A stretch of 64,000 nt of DNA from Felis catus (GCF_018350175.1 NC_058369.1:28274001-28338000), one strand, 5' to 3'; positions 24,440 to 36,905 are shown, counted from the first letter of the stretch. Notes: generated by a model not told the origin, from the sequence alone. A program made the numbers and translations.

Positions 24440-24759
24440 TGATAAGCATTTTTAAAGACTAAAATGTTGTCACCCTCTATAAAACCAGCAAAGTAGTCAG
24501 TGCTTTTGCTAAAAAATTTTAAACTATAAGGAAATGAACATTCTGGTAAAGTCAACCTCATCAACTCTCCCTACTCCACCCCTACACACACCCAGAAGTA
24601 GCACTAAAGAAAGAAAGGAAGTAGAAAGAATGTTTAAAATTGTCAAAAATACTCTAAAACTTGTAAAGGTGAGGAGTGAGGAAAGGGGAGCGATTAGAGA
24701 AACTTGGACAAACTCAAGGACTACAGCTTTATTACAGAAGCCCTTTCATATTATTTAAA

Positions 24760-24959
24760 GACCCTGCCAGTTATATACTACAGATGTTCCTTGTGCAAAG
24801 ATCAGAATTAGAAAAGGCATCCCCTCCTTTGGGCTGAAGCAGCCCTGCGCCAGGCACATTTCCTGTGGGCAGAATGCTGACTGAATTTGAGTCCCCACTC
24901 AAGCTCAGCTAGGTGTCTCTGTGCAGGTACAAGACGCACAACAGTTCATGGCGGCCCTG
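24760..24959. mobile_element. MER91-like hAT-Tip100 MITE
   Basis: End GCACAACAGTTCATGGCGGCCCTG is the reverse complement of a CAGGGCCGCCATG..GTTGTGC terminus. Confidence 0.55.
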
Positions 24960-25220
24960 CCAACAGAGGCAGAAAGGGCCATCAGAGCTTGTTGATTTCC
25001 ACAGCAACATGCCAAGCGAAGAAAGTGGTCTAGCCCAAAGGCATGGAATAGCCCTTGCTGAGAGACAGGCCCAGGATATTTAACAGGACCTCAGAAGATA
25101 GAGCTGGGTCAGGATATTTAATAGAGTCTCAGAAGACAGAGCAGGGCTCAGGTCCCCGAGCATGGGCTGGGCTCTGCTTCACTAAACCTTTCCATCCCCA
25201 CATTTGCACAATGTTTATTG

Positions 25221-25390
25221 CAGTGGCTTTCAAATTTTAAGATGCACCAGAATCACCTGGAAAGCTTACGAAAACATAGATTGCTGGTCCCCCTCTCCAG
25301 AGTTTTGGACTAAATAAGGTTGGGTGGGGCCCAAGAATTTCCTTCATGAATTGATGCTGTTGGTCCCAGGACCACGCTCTGAGAAACAGC
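25221..25390. mobile_element. MER5A hAT-Charlie MITE
   Basis: CAGTGGCTTTCAAA...CAGAATCACCTGG...GGGGCCCAAGAATT...GGACCACGCTCTGAGAA. Confidence 0.85.
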
Positions 25391-25419
25391 CATCTTTAGA
25401 AATATAGGTAGAAAGCGAC

Positions 25420-26510
25420 AACCAATTCTCAAACTTATGGCTCAAAATTTGGAAGACAAAGTAGTCCCAAATATTTTGAAAAACGATCAAGGAAGATCAA
25501 TTTACATCAGTTCAGAAATAAACATAAACACCTGTCTTACTAGTAAGCAGGATACAAAGAGAAAGCATGCTTTTCTAGAAGGCAGACAAGCCGTGGATGG
25601 AAAAATGAAAGGAGAAGAGGATCATTACGCAAAGGACAGATGAAGAGCTCAGCTGGAAGCAAATACAACCCAACGAAGAGATACAAATGCCCCATGAGTG
25701 CTTTGTAATATTAAAGAACTTAATAAGAACATTCAACAAGAGCTCAGAGTTGAGAAAAGGAAATTTCAGAGCTAAGCAAACACTCTGAAAAATATTATGT
25801 ACCACTGAAAATCTAATGAATAAATTAATTAGAAACAGAAATGGAAAAAACCAAAGCTAAACACCAAGTTAACAGAATGATGAAAAAACTCAATATAATG
25901 AACACATAAGGAAAAGGCAAGGGACTTGTTAAAGCAAACAGAAAGCAAAGCTTTAATTTGGAAGACAGGTAAAGTAACCCAACAGAAGCACAACGGATGT
26001 TCCCCAAAACAGTGTACCACGAAAAGGAATGCTGGAAAAGGAACACTGAGTTATCACACAGAGACATTTCCCTAAAGGTGAAAGGACTGAGTCCACAGGT
26101 AGAAATGATGCATCATATTGAGAAAAAAAAAGTAACAATCAGCATTAAGACATCCTAATTAATAACTAGAGTTATTCAGGCATCAGGGAGAAGGAAGCAC
26201 ACCAACTTCAACAGAAAAAAAAAAATCAGCCTGGCTTCACACTTTCTATAACAACATTCAATCTCTGAAGATCATGTAGCAAAATCTGTAAGCTTCAGTG
26301 GCAAAGAAAAGGCAACCCAAGAATATCATATCATCCAAGTTGTTATCCAAGAATAAAGGCAGTACATAAATATTTTCAGAAGTGAAAAATCCCAGCACCT
26401 GGGTGACTCGGTTGAGTGTCTGACTCTTGATTTCAGCTCAGGTCATGATCCCAGGGTTGTGGGATTAAGCCTTGCATTGGGCTCCACACTGAGCTTGGTG
26501 CTTGCTTAAG

Positions 26511-26560
<50 letters not shown>

Positions 26561-27358
26561 CACCCCTCTCCCCCACGCTCTCTCTCTAAGACAAAAAAAA
26601 GTGGGAAAATCTCAGAAAATGTAACCTTTATGAGGCTTTCTTTATAAAAAAAACAAACAAAAAAACCCCAAAAAACAAAACCTTGATGAAGAAAGTTATA
26701 CAACCTAAAATAAGTCAAAATAAATACTCCTGGGATGTACAAGCTGTCTTGAGATGTGTAAGGACCAGTAATGAATGGTGGGTCCAAATGAAAACAGAAC
26801 CAGAGCTAAACAAACAGGAGGATTATGCTTGCAAGACAGAATGAGGATGTTGTAAACCTACCAGAGCATATGTAATGCAAGCAACAAATTTGGAAGGTAA
26901 TGAGAGAAAAGTTGAAAGAAATGAGAGAAACCCATCATGTCATCTTTTCTAGTAAATGATATTGTCTAAAGTCGATGTAGTGAGAAATTCTCAAGGGCTC
27001 CAACTTTTTAATTACTTCAGATTTTCTTCTTAACCTTAGGGATGGTCTTTCAGAAACAAACAGAAGTGATAGTAAAAAAAAATGTCTGAACTTTAGCAAT
27101 TCCTTTATTTTCAGTTTATTTTTCTTTTCCTCAATTCAAGTACAATGAAATGTAATGCCTCCATTTATAAAGCATGTGTATTATGGTCTTGAAGTTAGTC
27201 CCATTTTTGTAAGCTTAATACTTGCAATTTTTCTATCTTTGTATCTGTACATGTGCAGTAAGAGACACTCTTCAAATGGTTCACAGTGGACACTTCTGAC
27301 TGATGGGATTTAGGATGATGTGTTACTTCCTTCTTTATAATTTTCTTCACTGCTTACA
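25420..27358 (+). mobile_element. Ancient L1 ORF1-type element (HAL1-like), interrupted by a SINE
   Basis: A-rich decayed ORF1-like sequence AAAATCAGCCTGGCTTCACACTT...ACCCAAGAATATCATATC...AAGAATAAAGGC, no ORF2-like sequence, L1ME/HAL1-like 3' end. Confidence 0.6.
26394..26598 (+). mobile_element. Older CAN-SINE
   Basis: GCACCTGGGTGACTC...CTCTTGATTTCAGCTCAGGTCATGATCCCAGGG; (CT)n; degenerate TSD AAGTG..AAAATC. Confidence 0.92.
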
Positions 27359-28046
27359 CTTTTTTTAATTCAAGTATAACTAACATAAAGTGTTATATAG
27401 GTTTCAGGTATACAATATAACAATTCAACAATTCTATACATTACTCAATGCTCAAGATAAGCATCCTCTTAGAGAGGTTCTGGGTGGCTCAGTCAGTTAA
27501 GCATCCGACTTCGCCTCAGGTCATGATCTCATGGTTCATGAGTTCCAGCCCTGGGTTGGGCTCTGTGCTGACAGCTCAGAGCCTGGAGCCTGCTTCGGAT
27601 TCTGTGTCTCTCACTCTGCCCCTCTGCTTGCACCCTGTGTCTTTCTCTCAAAAATAAACATTAAAAAATGTTCTAAAAAAAGGTAAGTGTACTTTTAATC
27701 CCCTTCACCCATTTCATCCATCCCCCCAACCACCTCCCCTCTGGTAACCACCAGTTTGTCCTGTATATTTGAATCTGGGATTTGTTTGTTTGTCTCTTTT
27801 TTTGTTGTTTGTTTTGTTTCTTAAATTCCACATATGAGTGAAATCACATGGTACTTATCTTTCTCTAACTGACTTATTTCACTTGGTATCCTACCCTCTA
27901 GACTCACCCATATTGCTACAAATGGCAAGATTTCATTTTTTTTATGGATGAGTAATATTCCATCATATATATATATGGAATGGAGAATGTCCACTCACCT
28001 ATCGATGGACACTCGGGCTGCTTCCATAATTTGGCTATTGTAAATA

Positions 28047-28094
<48 letters not shown>

Positions 28095-28237
28095 CAAATT
28101 AGTGTTTTTGTTTTCTTGGGTAAATACTCAGTAGTGGAATTACTGGATCAAATGGTAATTCTATTTTTACTTTTTTGAGGAAACTTCATACTGTCTTCCA
28201 CAGTGGCTGCACCAGGGTTCATTCTCAACAGCACACT
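27359..28237 (-). mobile_element. LINE-1 3' end (carnivore L1_Carn-like), SINE-interrupted
   Basis: CCTCCCCTCTGGTAACCACCAG...TTCCACATATGAGTGAAATCA...TTCCACAGTGGCTGCACCA; (TA)n at about 28052-28092. Confidence 0.88.
27471..27679 (+). mobile_element. CAN-SINE (SINEC_Fc2-like) nested in L1
   Basis: CTGGGTGGCTCAGTCAGTTAAGCATCCGACTTCG...ACAGCTCAGAGCCTGGAGCC. Confidence 0.95.
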
Positions 28238-28534
28238 TACATTTTTAATTGATGAGCATAAGTCACTTATAAACAACACATAATCATCACTCTAAAATGA
28301 ATATATAAAATATGAGACAACTTTTCCAATTTAGTAACTGAGTATAAGTGAACTTTTTTGGTGACCGAACACCTTGAATTACCTCTATATTATGCATCAT
28401 TATAAAAACACATCCTCCTTATACAGTACGCTAAAAGGGAATGGTATATAAAAATGAGCAGAAAGGAGCCAAGGCAATTACCCTGAAAGGTGCTGTGTTT
28501 CCTAAATAAGTCTCTGGCTTCTGTTCCTTTAATT

Positions 28535-28720
28535 AACAGTACTTAATATTTATTGAGTGCCTACAATGTGCCAGGCAATCTGTTCACGTACTTTATAGGT
28601 ATTTTATGGTTTAACCTCAGAATAACTATAATGTGATACTAGTAATTATAATAATGATGATAGTAATAGCAGCTCAGATTTACTGAGTGCCTACTATGTG
28701 CTAAGTGCTGGTACTAGGGA
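28535..28720 (-). mobile_element. MIR/L2 tail fragments (two)
   Basis: TATTTATTGAGTGCCTACAATGTGCCAGGCA and ATTTACTGAGTGCCTACTATGTGCTAAG. Confidence 0.65.
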
Positions 28721-29767
28721 TCAATCAGCATGGGCAATAACACTTTTCAGTGGGAAGTCCTTATCACAATGGAAGCCCATTGTGTAGTACAAGGGAAAGC
28801 CATCAAGGTTAGCTTTCAGAAATACAGGATTTATATTAGTATATTTGGAGCAAGTGCACAAGTAAGCCTGACCTTGTGTGGAGAGAGAACACAAGGAAAA
28901 AAGCTGGCAGATTCATAGAACTAATAATAATTTGGGCCACAAAAGTGAGAGGAATTGAAACTATAGTAGGACTCTGACCACGTAGATACAAAGACCTTGG
29001 TCAACTTCTGGTTGTCCTGGAAACAGGATTTCAGTCATTATACTGAGATAAAATCACAAGGTAAAAGGGAAAACTAATTAGATCTGCAGCCACACACAGA
29101 GCCTAACTCCATCTTGGGAGATGTTCTAGGAGGAGCTTCAGATGTATTTTTGCCACAAAGAATTAAATCCTGAAGGGGAAGGATTTGGTTTACTTATGAA
29201 AGGGTCAGTGTGAAATGGCATGCTCATGAGTAATGCCATTCTGACTGTTGCTTCTCCTGGCAACTCTGACCAAGACAGTGTAGGGATTGAATTATGTAGG
29301 TGTATATAGCCCGATTCCCCTCACCAGTTTCTCCTCTATGTAGGAAATAGCGTGAAGAAGGAACAAAACAGTACATCCTCTTGGTGTCCTATGTGATTAA
29401 CCATGGGATTGAAGAGATCTCTGCTCACTCTCTCAACCTCCCCTCCAATTGCCCAGGAGGTCTGGATTTATGCAGAGTGGACAGTGACCAAGAACCAACG
29501 AGTTCATATAATATCACAACTTTATGGATAATATTCTGCTTTTACCAGATTCATTTCCTAGATTCCACATCTGCCAAGAGGAATTATATTCAGAGGGTAA
29601 GTAACCCATCCACAGTCTATTTGACACAAGAGCTTTGTGACTTCATTCAGACTCCCTTCTGTTTGCTTGTGATTTCACTCTTCTCCAAAACATTTTGGTT
29701 GGGAATTTTTAAAATGATTTCTAAGCTTGTGTATATGCCTTTGTTCATATCTAAACGACTTTGCTCA

Positions 29768-29769
<2 letters not shown>

Positions 29770-29798
<29 letters not shown>
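29770..29798 (+). repeat. (CA)n microsatellite
   Basis: About 14 CA units. Confidence 0.95.
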
Positions 29799-29803
<5 letters not shown>

Positions 29804-30789
29804 AAATAAGAAAGGAAGATAATTTCTGCTAAAAATACTGTCCACGAATTGACAACTTGGGTTATAGCTTAATATGGTTTGGTTTGGTGCAGTTCTATAG
29901 AGCTAGCTTTGTAAATGAAAGGTGTGATCCTTGAAATCACTGTGATAAAAGTGATTTGAAATCATACTACTGACAGTCATAATAGAAACAAATGCCTACT
30001 CACCACTCATAGCTCAGGTCTGGTGAGAACAAATCAATAGAGTAAAATGCTTTCGACTTCTTAGAGAAAGGTTCCACCTGACAGATACCAGGAGATCAAA
30101 TATTCACACTGCTTAGGACCAAGAAGCGTATGGATTAGGGCATATTTGAGAAGGCAGCAAGAGGATAGAATCCCACCCTATGGGGCCTTTGGTTGCCTGT
30201 CCTTTATCTTTTCATTTGTTCATCTTCTTGTCTCTGTCCTGCGAGTTAAAACCACAGCAATAAAAGATGCATTTCCTGCATCAAGGAGTTCTCAGTCCAG
30301 TGGTGCAATTAATATATGATTTTGAACTATGTTCTCCAAGAGGTGTGCACAGAGTGTGCTATGGGAACACAATGAAGGGGTACCTATTTTTTCCTAAGGG
30401 GGTTTTGAGGAAGTTGCCTGAAGTAGCATTCAGAAACAGATTACAGGGGATGGGAGAGGAGAAGAGAAAAAGCAACAAGGACCTCCAAGACTTTGGGTAT
30501 GTCAATTTTTATATGATATAGCATTTTGTCACTCCATCATAGATAAAAACTTTCCAGGGGATGTCCATCCTATATAGCCTTCTAGAAACCAGAGGATATT
30601 ATTACCCAAATTTACCTGGCTACTTTTAAGAAGGCCCAAGCTCTAATTTCTCAAGGATGATATTCTTCTTGCCCGTGATTGTTACTGGAACCAGAGATAC
30701 CAAGTCTTTCTACTTAATTTCCTGACCAAAGAAGAATTCTCCTTTATGATGTTCCTAATAGAGTTTCAGTCCATTTCCATAGTAAACAT

Positions 30790-31256
30790 TGCTTGTTAAA
30801 TTTTGGCTCCTCAGCCCCTTTTCCCTTTTTGTTACTTCATTCTGCTTCCTTTTTGGAAAATTCCCCCCTATTGTAGGCAGTCTTTGTAGTATAGTAAATT
30901 GAGTGCCCTACCTTTTCACTATAGGATTTGAAGACATCCATGGAGACCTCTGGTAGATGTTCTGTCCTTACTCTACATGGACAAAGGATGAACATGTAAC
31001 TTAAGCTTGGCCAACCAGCCCTTCTCCCCTCTTCCAGAACTTTAAATAGTAAGGATGGTGACACAACACCATCATTCATCCGTTATTACAATGACACCTC
31101 AACGGCCAAGTAGATTCCATCTTGATTCCTGTTTCAAGCCTGGTCCTACAGCATGCATCTTTTTCTGTTAATTCTCTGATAACCTTCTAATAAATTCCAT
31201 TTTAGCTTATGTTAGCCCAAGTTGGTCTCTGTTACTTGTTGTCAAAGTACTTTAAT
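30790..31256 (+). mobile_element. ERVL solo LTR (LTR33/LTR16-like), degraded
   Basis: CATGTAACTTAAGCTTGGCCAACCAG and 3' end AATAAATTCCATTTTAGCTTATGTTAGCC...TCTGTTACTTG. Confidence 0.6.
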
Positions 31257-32651
31257 TCTGCTTGAATCCTCCCACTTATGGGAGTATCACTACTTTGTGA
31301 GGCTGATTATCCCACTGGTATACCTCTGAATTTGCTACAGTTATTAATTTAAGCTACAATCAGCTTCCCTATTACTAGGGTCTGTCATTGGGAACCAGAA
31401 AAACTAAATTTTTGTCTTTCTATATAATAACCACTTTAGTATCTGAGGACAGCAAATAATCACAATAACCACACCACAAATGCCAACTCATTCCTTTCTC
31501 AAGTTAGAAACCACCATTTTCTTTTCTAACATGATGTAAGTTCCCACACAACAGAAAGAGAAGAGTTGGATTGTTGATGGGCATCTTAATCTTATTTTCG
31601 TGCGGCCCCAGGGAAGTAAGAAGACACTTCCTCAACACGTCTCTTTGAAAGAGAGCACTTCTATGTTTATTGTCTGCCGGGTTAGTGCATGGTAGAATTC
31701 ATTGATAGGATGCCGAAAGCCTTCTTATCAAATAACTGTATTCCTCTCCAGTCTGCCCCCAATTAACAGTATATTATCTTCTCTACTGAAGTTGGAATAA
31801 TTGGTGGTTATTTTCAGAGCAACTCATCACAATGATAGAGATTGATTATTTTTAATTGAGGTAGTAGAGGTGTTGAACATTCATTGGGCTCTGAGTAAAT
31901 GTTGCTAGGATTGCAATTTCCCAAACCACCTGTCTGATAAACATCATGTCATCAACATTTGCAAACAATCCGAAGTCATCCCTCGCCCGTTCAAGTATTC
32001 CCCCTTCTCATTCTCACATCCAGTCTAACTACAAGTTTATGATTCTCTATTCACTTCACTACTTCAGAAAAACATTTGCCTACAAAAAATGTATCTATTC
32101 TTGAGCAGTAGCAGGTCAGACACTGGAGTTTTTGTGACAATCAGAGGAGAAACAGAAGGAATGGACAGTCCAGAGAGAAAAGGAGCTCCACTTAGTACCA
32201 TGCTTCCTTGTGGCAGAACTTTCAGAAGAGCATAGGGTAATGTCCATCTTCTCTCTTGCCGGTTCATGCAGCGGATGACTTTCTCTCCCCTCCCCAGCCC
32301 TCCCCTACCATGCCCTCCCTTGCCCTCCCTCCCCCTCCTCTCCTTTCATCTTTACTTCAGCGGACACCAGCACCACCTGAGGATAATGTGCTAGCCTGAG
32401 GAGGCCTGAGGCAAGTAGCCTGACCAGCACCAACCAGCACTGAACATACTGTCTCCTACTCTGGCTCCGTTTCTTCTGGTGCCACGGGTGTTCCCAGTTG
32501 GCTATGCCTCCCACTGCTCAGGAGAGATTTGATACTCAACAAGGGCTGAGGAGTAATAAACTGTTTTGGATCCAGGCACTGCAGCTCTTTTAATACAGGC
32601 AAAACTATTCACCAAATGTTCACTCCAAGTCACCATGGTTCTACTTGGGGA

Positions 32652-33115
32652 TGTAGGGACCCAGGGCAGGCTGCCCCAAGATGGGATGTTCTGGCATAAA
32701 GCTTATTTTGAGTTAAAATTAACCAAAACCCACCAGATGCAGGAAAAGCTCTCTGCCTCCCCCTCAACTGCTTAAGTTTACATTGGAAAGGAGAGCCTAA
32801 AACAGGAAGAAAACTTTGACAGTCCCCTTTACCTAAAGAACCTGTCTGCATAATAGGGCCACGAAGGTTTTCCAAACATTTCCTCTCCCTTCTTGTTAAT
32901 GGCCTTCCTCTCCTTTGTATCCTCAAACCCTATACTTCTCCTTAGCTCATATACACTTCATGTTGCCTTGTCTTTGGAATCTCCTGTCTATGTGGATTCT
33001 CCATACATACACCTATTAAATTTGATTTTCTCCTGTTAATCTGTCTCATGTTGATTTGATTCGAAGTCCAGCTAGAAGGACCATAGGGTAGAGGAAGGGC
33101 TTCCTCCCTAAAACA
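32652..33115 (+). mobile_element. ERV1 solo LTR (MER34 family)
   Basis: TGT...ACA ends; TGGCATAAAGCTTATTTTGAG, CAGATGCAGGAAAAGCTCTCTGCC, ATTAAATTTG..TTTTCTCCTGTTAATCTGTC. Confidence 0.8.
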
Positions 33116-33159
33116 ATCCAACTAATAGCAAAGGATGACTTAGCTTTCCTTTGGCCTCC

Positions 33160-33228
33160 TGCATGTGTGTGCTCGCGAGTGCACGTGCGCGTGTGTGTGT
33201 GTGTGCGCGTGTGCGTGTGTGTGTGTGT
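33160..33228. repeat. Mixed (GT)n/(GC)n alternating purine-pyrimidine tract
   Basis: Uninterrupted purine-pyrimidine alternation at 33179-33228. Confidence 0.9.
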
Positions 33229-33914
33229 TTTCAAGAAAGAAAAGAAGTCGGACCAAATAGACACAGGCCCATATCAACATAACAGTATCACAAGCTCACA
33301 CTCCATCCTGATGATACATATAGATTTATTTTTTGACTAATGAAAAAATATATCATACAAAAAAAATAATAAATCCTAACTGGTATACATCCCTGTTTGG
33401 CTTTGCAATTCAAACACAATCACATAAACAGAGAACCATATGAATAGGAGACACTCTTAAAAAATGGGATGGTGCTAAAGTAGTAAAAACCAAGACATAA
33501 AAGTTTGGTTTTTTTAAACTCTAAAATAACCAGTTCTGTTCACATTTTACTATTTCTTTAAATGAGAGTTCTTTTCAAGTGATGCATATTTAATGCATGG
33601 GTTTTTTTTTTAATTCTCCAATAACTCTTATTACATTGTTGTCTTTTATAATTCATATTATCCTGGAACTTATAAAATTTAGTAAATTCAATCCTTTGAT
33701 CTTCGGACCAAACACTGGTATGGCATAAATCCATCCGGGGAAGTCCCCATAGGTTCCAAACATTTTTCCTGATCCTGATGAAATTTTCTCCCATGTGGGT
33801 TTTAGAAGGTGTTCCTTATGCCCTGTGAGGAACAGAATGTCCCGACAGACTATACAGTAGATAAAGTACTTTGGAGTCTTTCACCTTATCCCCTTCCTTA
33901 AAAATTTTGGGCCC

Positions 33915-34130
33915 GCAGCGCCTGGGTGGCTTAGTTGGTTGAGCTTCTGATTCTTGATCTCAGCTCAGGTCAGGATCTCGTCATTCGTGAGTTTGAGCCC
34001 CACCACATCGGGCTCTGCACTGATGGTGCAGAGCCTGCTTGGGATTCTGTCTCTCCCACTCTCTCTGCCCCTTCCCTGCTTGCGCGCTCTCTCTCTCTCT
34101 GTCTCAAAGTAAGTCAATAAACATTAAAAA
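33915..34130 (+). mobile_element. CAN-SINE
   Basis: GCGCCTGGGTGGCTTAG start; degenerate TSD AAAATTTTGGGCCC / AAAATGTGGGTCC. Confidence 0.93.
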
Positions 34131-34397
34131 AAATGTGGGTCCACTCCTGCTGAGTTTGAGCTTCTGTCTACAAGCAAAGTTTGAGCTTCTGTCTACTTCC
34201 TCTGTAGAGGAAGGAAGGGGCAAGGGGACTGACACCTTAATGTTCACCATAAAAATTAAACAGACTCAACAACCTAGCCTCTCTCCTGGAGCAGGTATTT
34301 TCTTGTATCATCTTTAAAATATTCCAGTGAGAAGGTGAAAGGCTAAGAGAAGGTAAAAGCTAGACACAACTAGTGAAAGGTTTCAAACAGGAGTTTT

Positions 34398-34568
34398 GGG
34401 ATACCTGGGTATCTCAGTCAGTTAAGTGTCTGATTCTGGATTTCCACTCAGGTCATGATCTCATGGTTCTCCTGAGTTTGAGCCCCACATCGGGCCCTGC
34501 ACAGAGTCTGCTTGGGATTCTCTCTCTCCTCTCTCTCTGCCCCCACCCTCGCACTCTCTCTCTCTCAC

Positions 34569-34599
<31 letters not shown>
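34398..34599 (+). mobile_element. CAN-SINE with (TAAA)n tail
   Basis: CCTGGGTATCTCAGTCAGTTAAG...; TSD AACAGGAG. Confidence 0.92.
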
Positions 34600-35052
34600 G
34601 AACAGGAGCGTTGCTCTCCTACCACCAGCTCAGAGAGGCTTATGGTGGACAGTTGGTACCTACAGGCAGGGCACACACCATGGGGACACACAGAAGAGAA
34701 AGGCACAGAAGTGGTGAAAAACAGTACTAAATCACATGGCGAGAAATGTACTTATTTAAATTCCTGTTCAGTCCTTATTTATTATGTCAAGGAGAAAGCC
34801 CCAGTGCGGTGCCACATGTCTTAATCAGCTGTCGAACACTTGGGAATCTCCCCTTTTAATAAAGGGAGAATAGGCCTCAGGTTCAGAGCCATGATTCGCA
34901 GGAAACAGCAACCACCTTAAATTAATTTGTGATAATTTACTTTCACTGAGTATTTTTGTGTTTCCTTTCTCATCGTAGGAGGTGGCATGGTTTCCCATTT
35001 AAAATAGTGGCAGGGTTTCCTTTCAAAGGCTGTTTCAAAAGTGAGTTAATTT

Positions 35053-35305
35053 GGGGCTCCTGGGTGGCTCATTTGGTTAAGAGTCCAACTTCGGCTCAGG
35101 TCATGACCTCACGGTTTGTGAGTTCGAGCCCTGCATGGGGCTCTGCACTGATGGTGCAGAGCCTACTTGGGATTCTGCCTCCCTCTCTCCCTCTCTCTGC
35201 CCCTCCCCCGCCTGCCCTATTTCTCTCTCTCTCTCATAATAAATAAAAATATTTAAATAAATAAATAAATAAATAAATATCTCTCAAAATAAATAAAAAT
35301 AAACT
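35053..35305 (+). mobile_element. CAN-SINE with extended AT-rich tail
   Basis: GGGGCTCCTGGGTGGCTCA...GAGTTCGAGCCC. Confidence 0.93.
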
Positions 35306-36754
35306 TTCAAAAAAGTGCCTTAACTCAAAGAAAGATTAAATATATATATTAATATATTAAATAAAGCAATGCCATATACAGGCTGTTTACAGATGTGGCA
35401 AAAACCGTGTCTGGGGCATATGGCTGACTCTCATGCCACTTTGGGGACTGATGAACCATCAGCTCCTATTGCTCCCCAGCCTCCTCAAAAGGAAGTAGTA
35501 GCATCCCACCTGACAGGTGTGTGGACTCCAGCCTTTCCCATGTATGGGAGCATAGGTAATCCAAAAAGTCCACCCACACTGCTTTTATCCTGGCAGGCAG
35601 GGCCTGTGGCTCCCTATTCCCTTCTCCATGAAGTGTTGCTTTTGATGAGAAAGCATTTCTCACAATTCCATCCACTCAGCTCAGGCAGATATCTCCCTGT
35701 CCCACGTAGAGCATACCCATTCACTTCTACTTGTCCACCCTCCTTTATGTTGTACCCCCCCACACCCGCCAACACTCCAGCTGGAACGTGCTTCAAAGGT
35801 CTCATTTCTTAGGTGCCATGCAGGAAAAAGCTTCCACCCTTCCCTTTATCAAGCCCAGAGCTCTCGCTATCACACCAACACGCTGCATACTCAAAGCATG
35901 TGTATGTAATAAAGAACTTTATTCCAAGACTTTGCAGAAGGAGAGTGATTGAAGACATTGTTCAACGCTGATTTTAATTGTCGTTCTAATCTGATCAGTC
36001 TCTAACCAGCTAATCGCTATTTAATCAGTTGCTTTAATTTTATTACAAAGCAGCTAGAATGCAGCTGTGGGTAGACACCACACAAATAAATAAAATGCAT
36101 TATTATTTTTATTATATTTATGCATATGAGTTGTATTTTACTTTTGTCAAAACTATACTCATTTCCACTCCACTAGTAATTTGTTTGTATTAAACAGTAT
36201 TATGTATTTGCATGGTGAAAACTGTAGAAATGTCTATCCATTGCCAAGTTTAAGTTACATAATAAGTTGCTAGACATACGCACCTTCATTTGCCAAATAA
36301 TTGTGATTCATTTAAATATTTGTACAGTGCTTCAATTACTGATGTTATCTCTATTAATTAATGATACTAGGATTAGTTCTAAAGAATAAATAAATATAAA
36401 AGTTGAAACAACAGAACAAGTTCATGCATACAAAAGGAATCTGAGCTGATTACCCTGAAATATAATTCCATGTGTTTCCACACAATTCCCCCAGAAGAGA
36501 AAGCCTGGCAACATTAATAAAATTCTGACTGGTTCAGAATTGAACATGGGTACAATAGGTTCCAAAGTCCTATGTAAGTATTTGAACAACTTGACCTTAT
36601 TTCAGCTTCTTGAGGGAATTATCAGGGAAAACACAGAATCAACATGAAAAATTAGTAAGGACCCACGTAGGGCCTGCCTGAAAGGGCTTAGGTAACTAAC
36701 TACCACAAAGCTAAAAAAGATATTAATAATAAAGTCACAACACCTCAAGGCTGC

Positions 36755-36905
36755 TCTTTCGACCTCTGACATACTTATTGCACGACTTCCAGGCTACTTA
36801 CTCTGAAGTCTCAATTTTTTGATCTGTAAAATAGGAGTCATAGCAGGTGCTCGTACATTAGCATGAGGATTAAAAGAGAAAATGCCATGAGGCTCTAGCC
36901 AAGGG
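36755..36905 (+). mobile_element. MIR fragment
   Basis: CTCTGAAGTCTCAATTTTTTGATCTGTAAAATAGG...TGAGGATTAAAAGAGAAAATG. Confidence 0.7.

Noticed and set aside
29381..29809. 142-aa ORF
   Set aside because: Non-ATG start, ends in a (CA)n repeat, no recognisable domain
35955..35975. TTCAACGCTG resembles part of miR-181a
   Set aside because: The seed region and 3' half do not match; no hairpin seen
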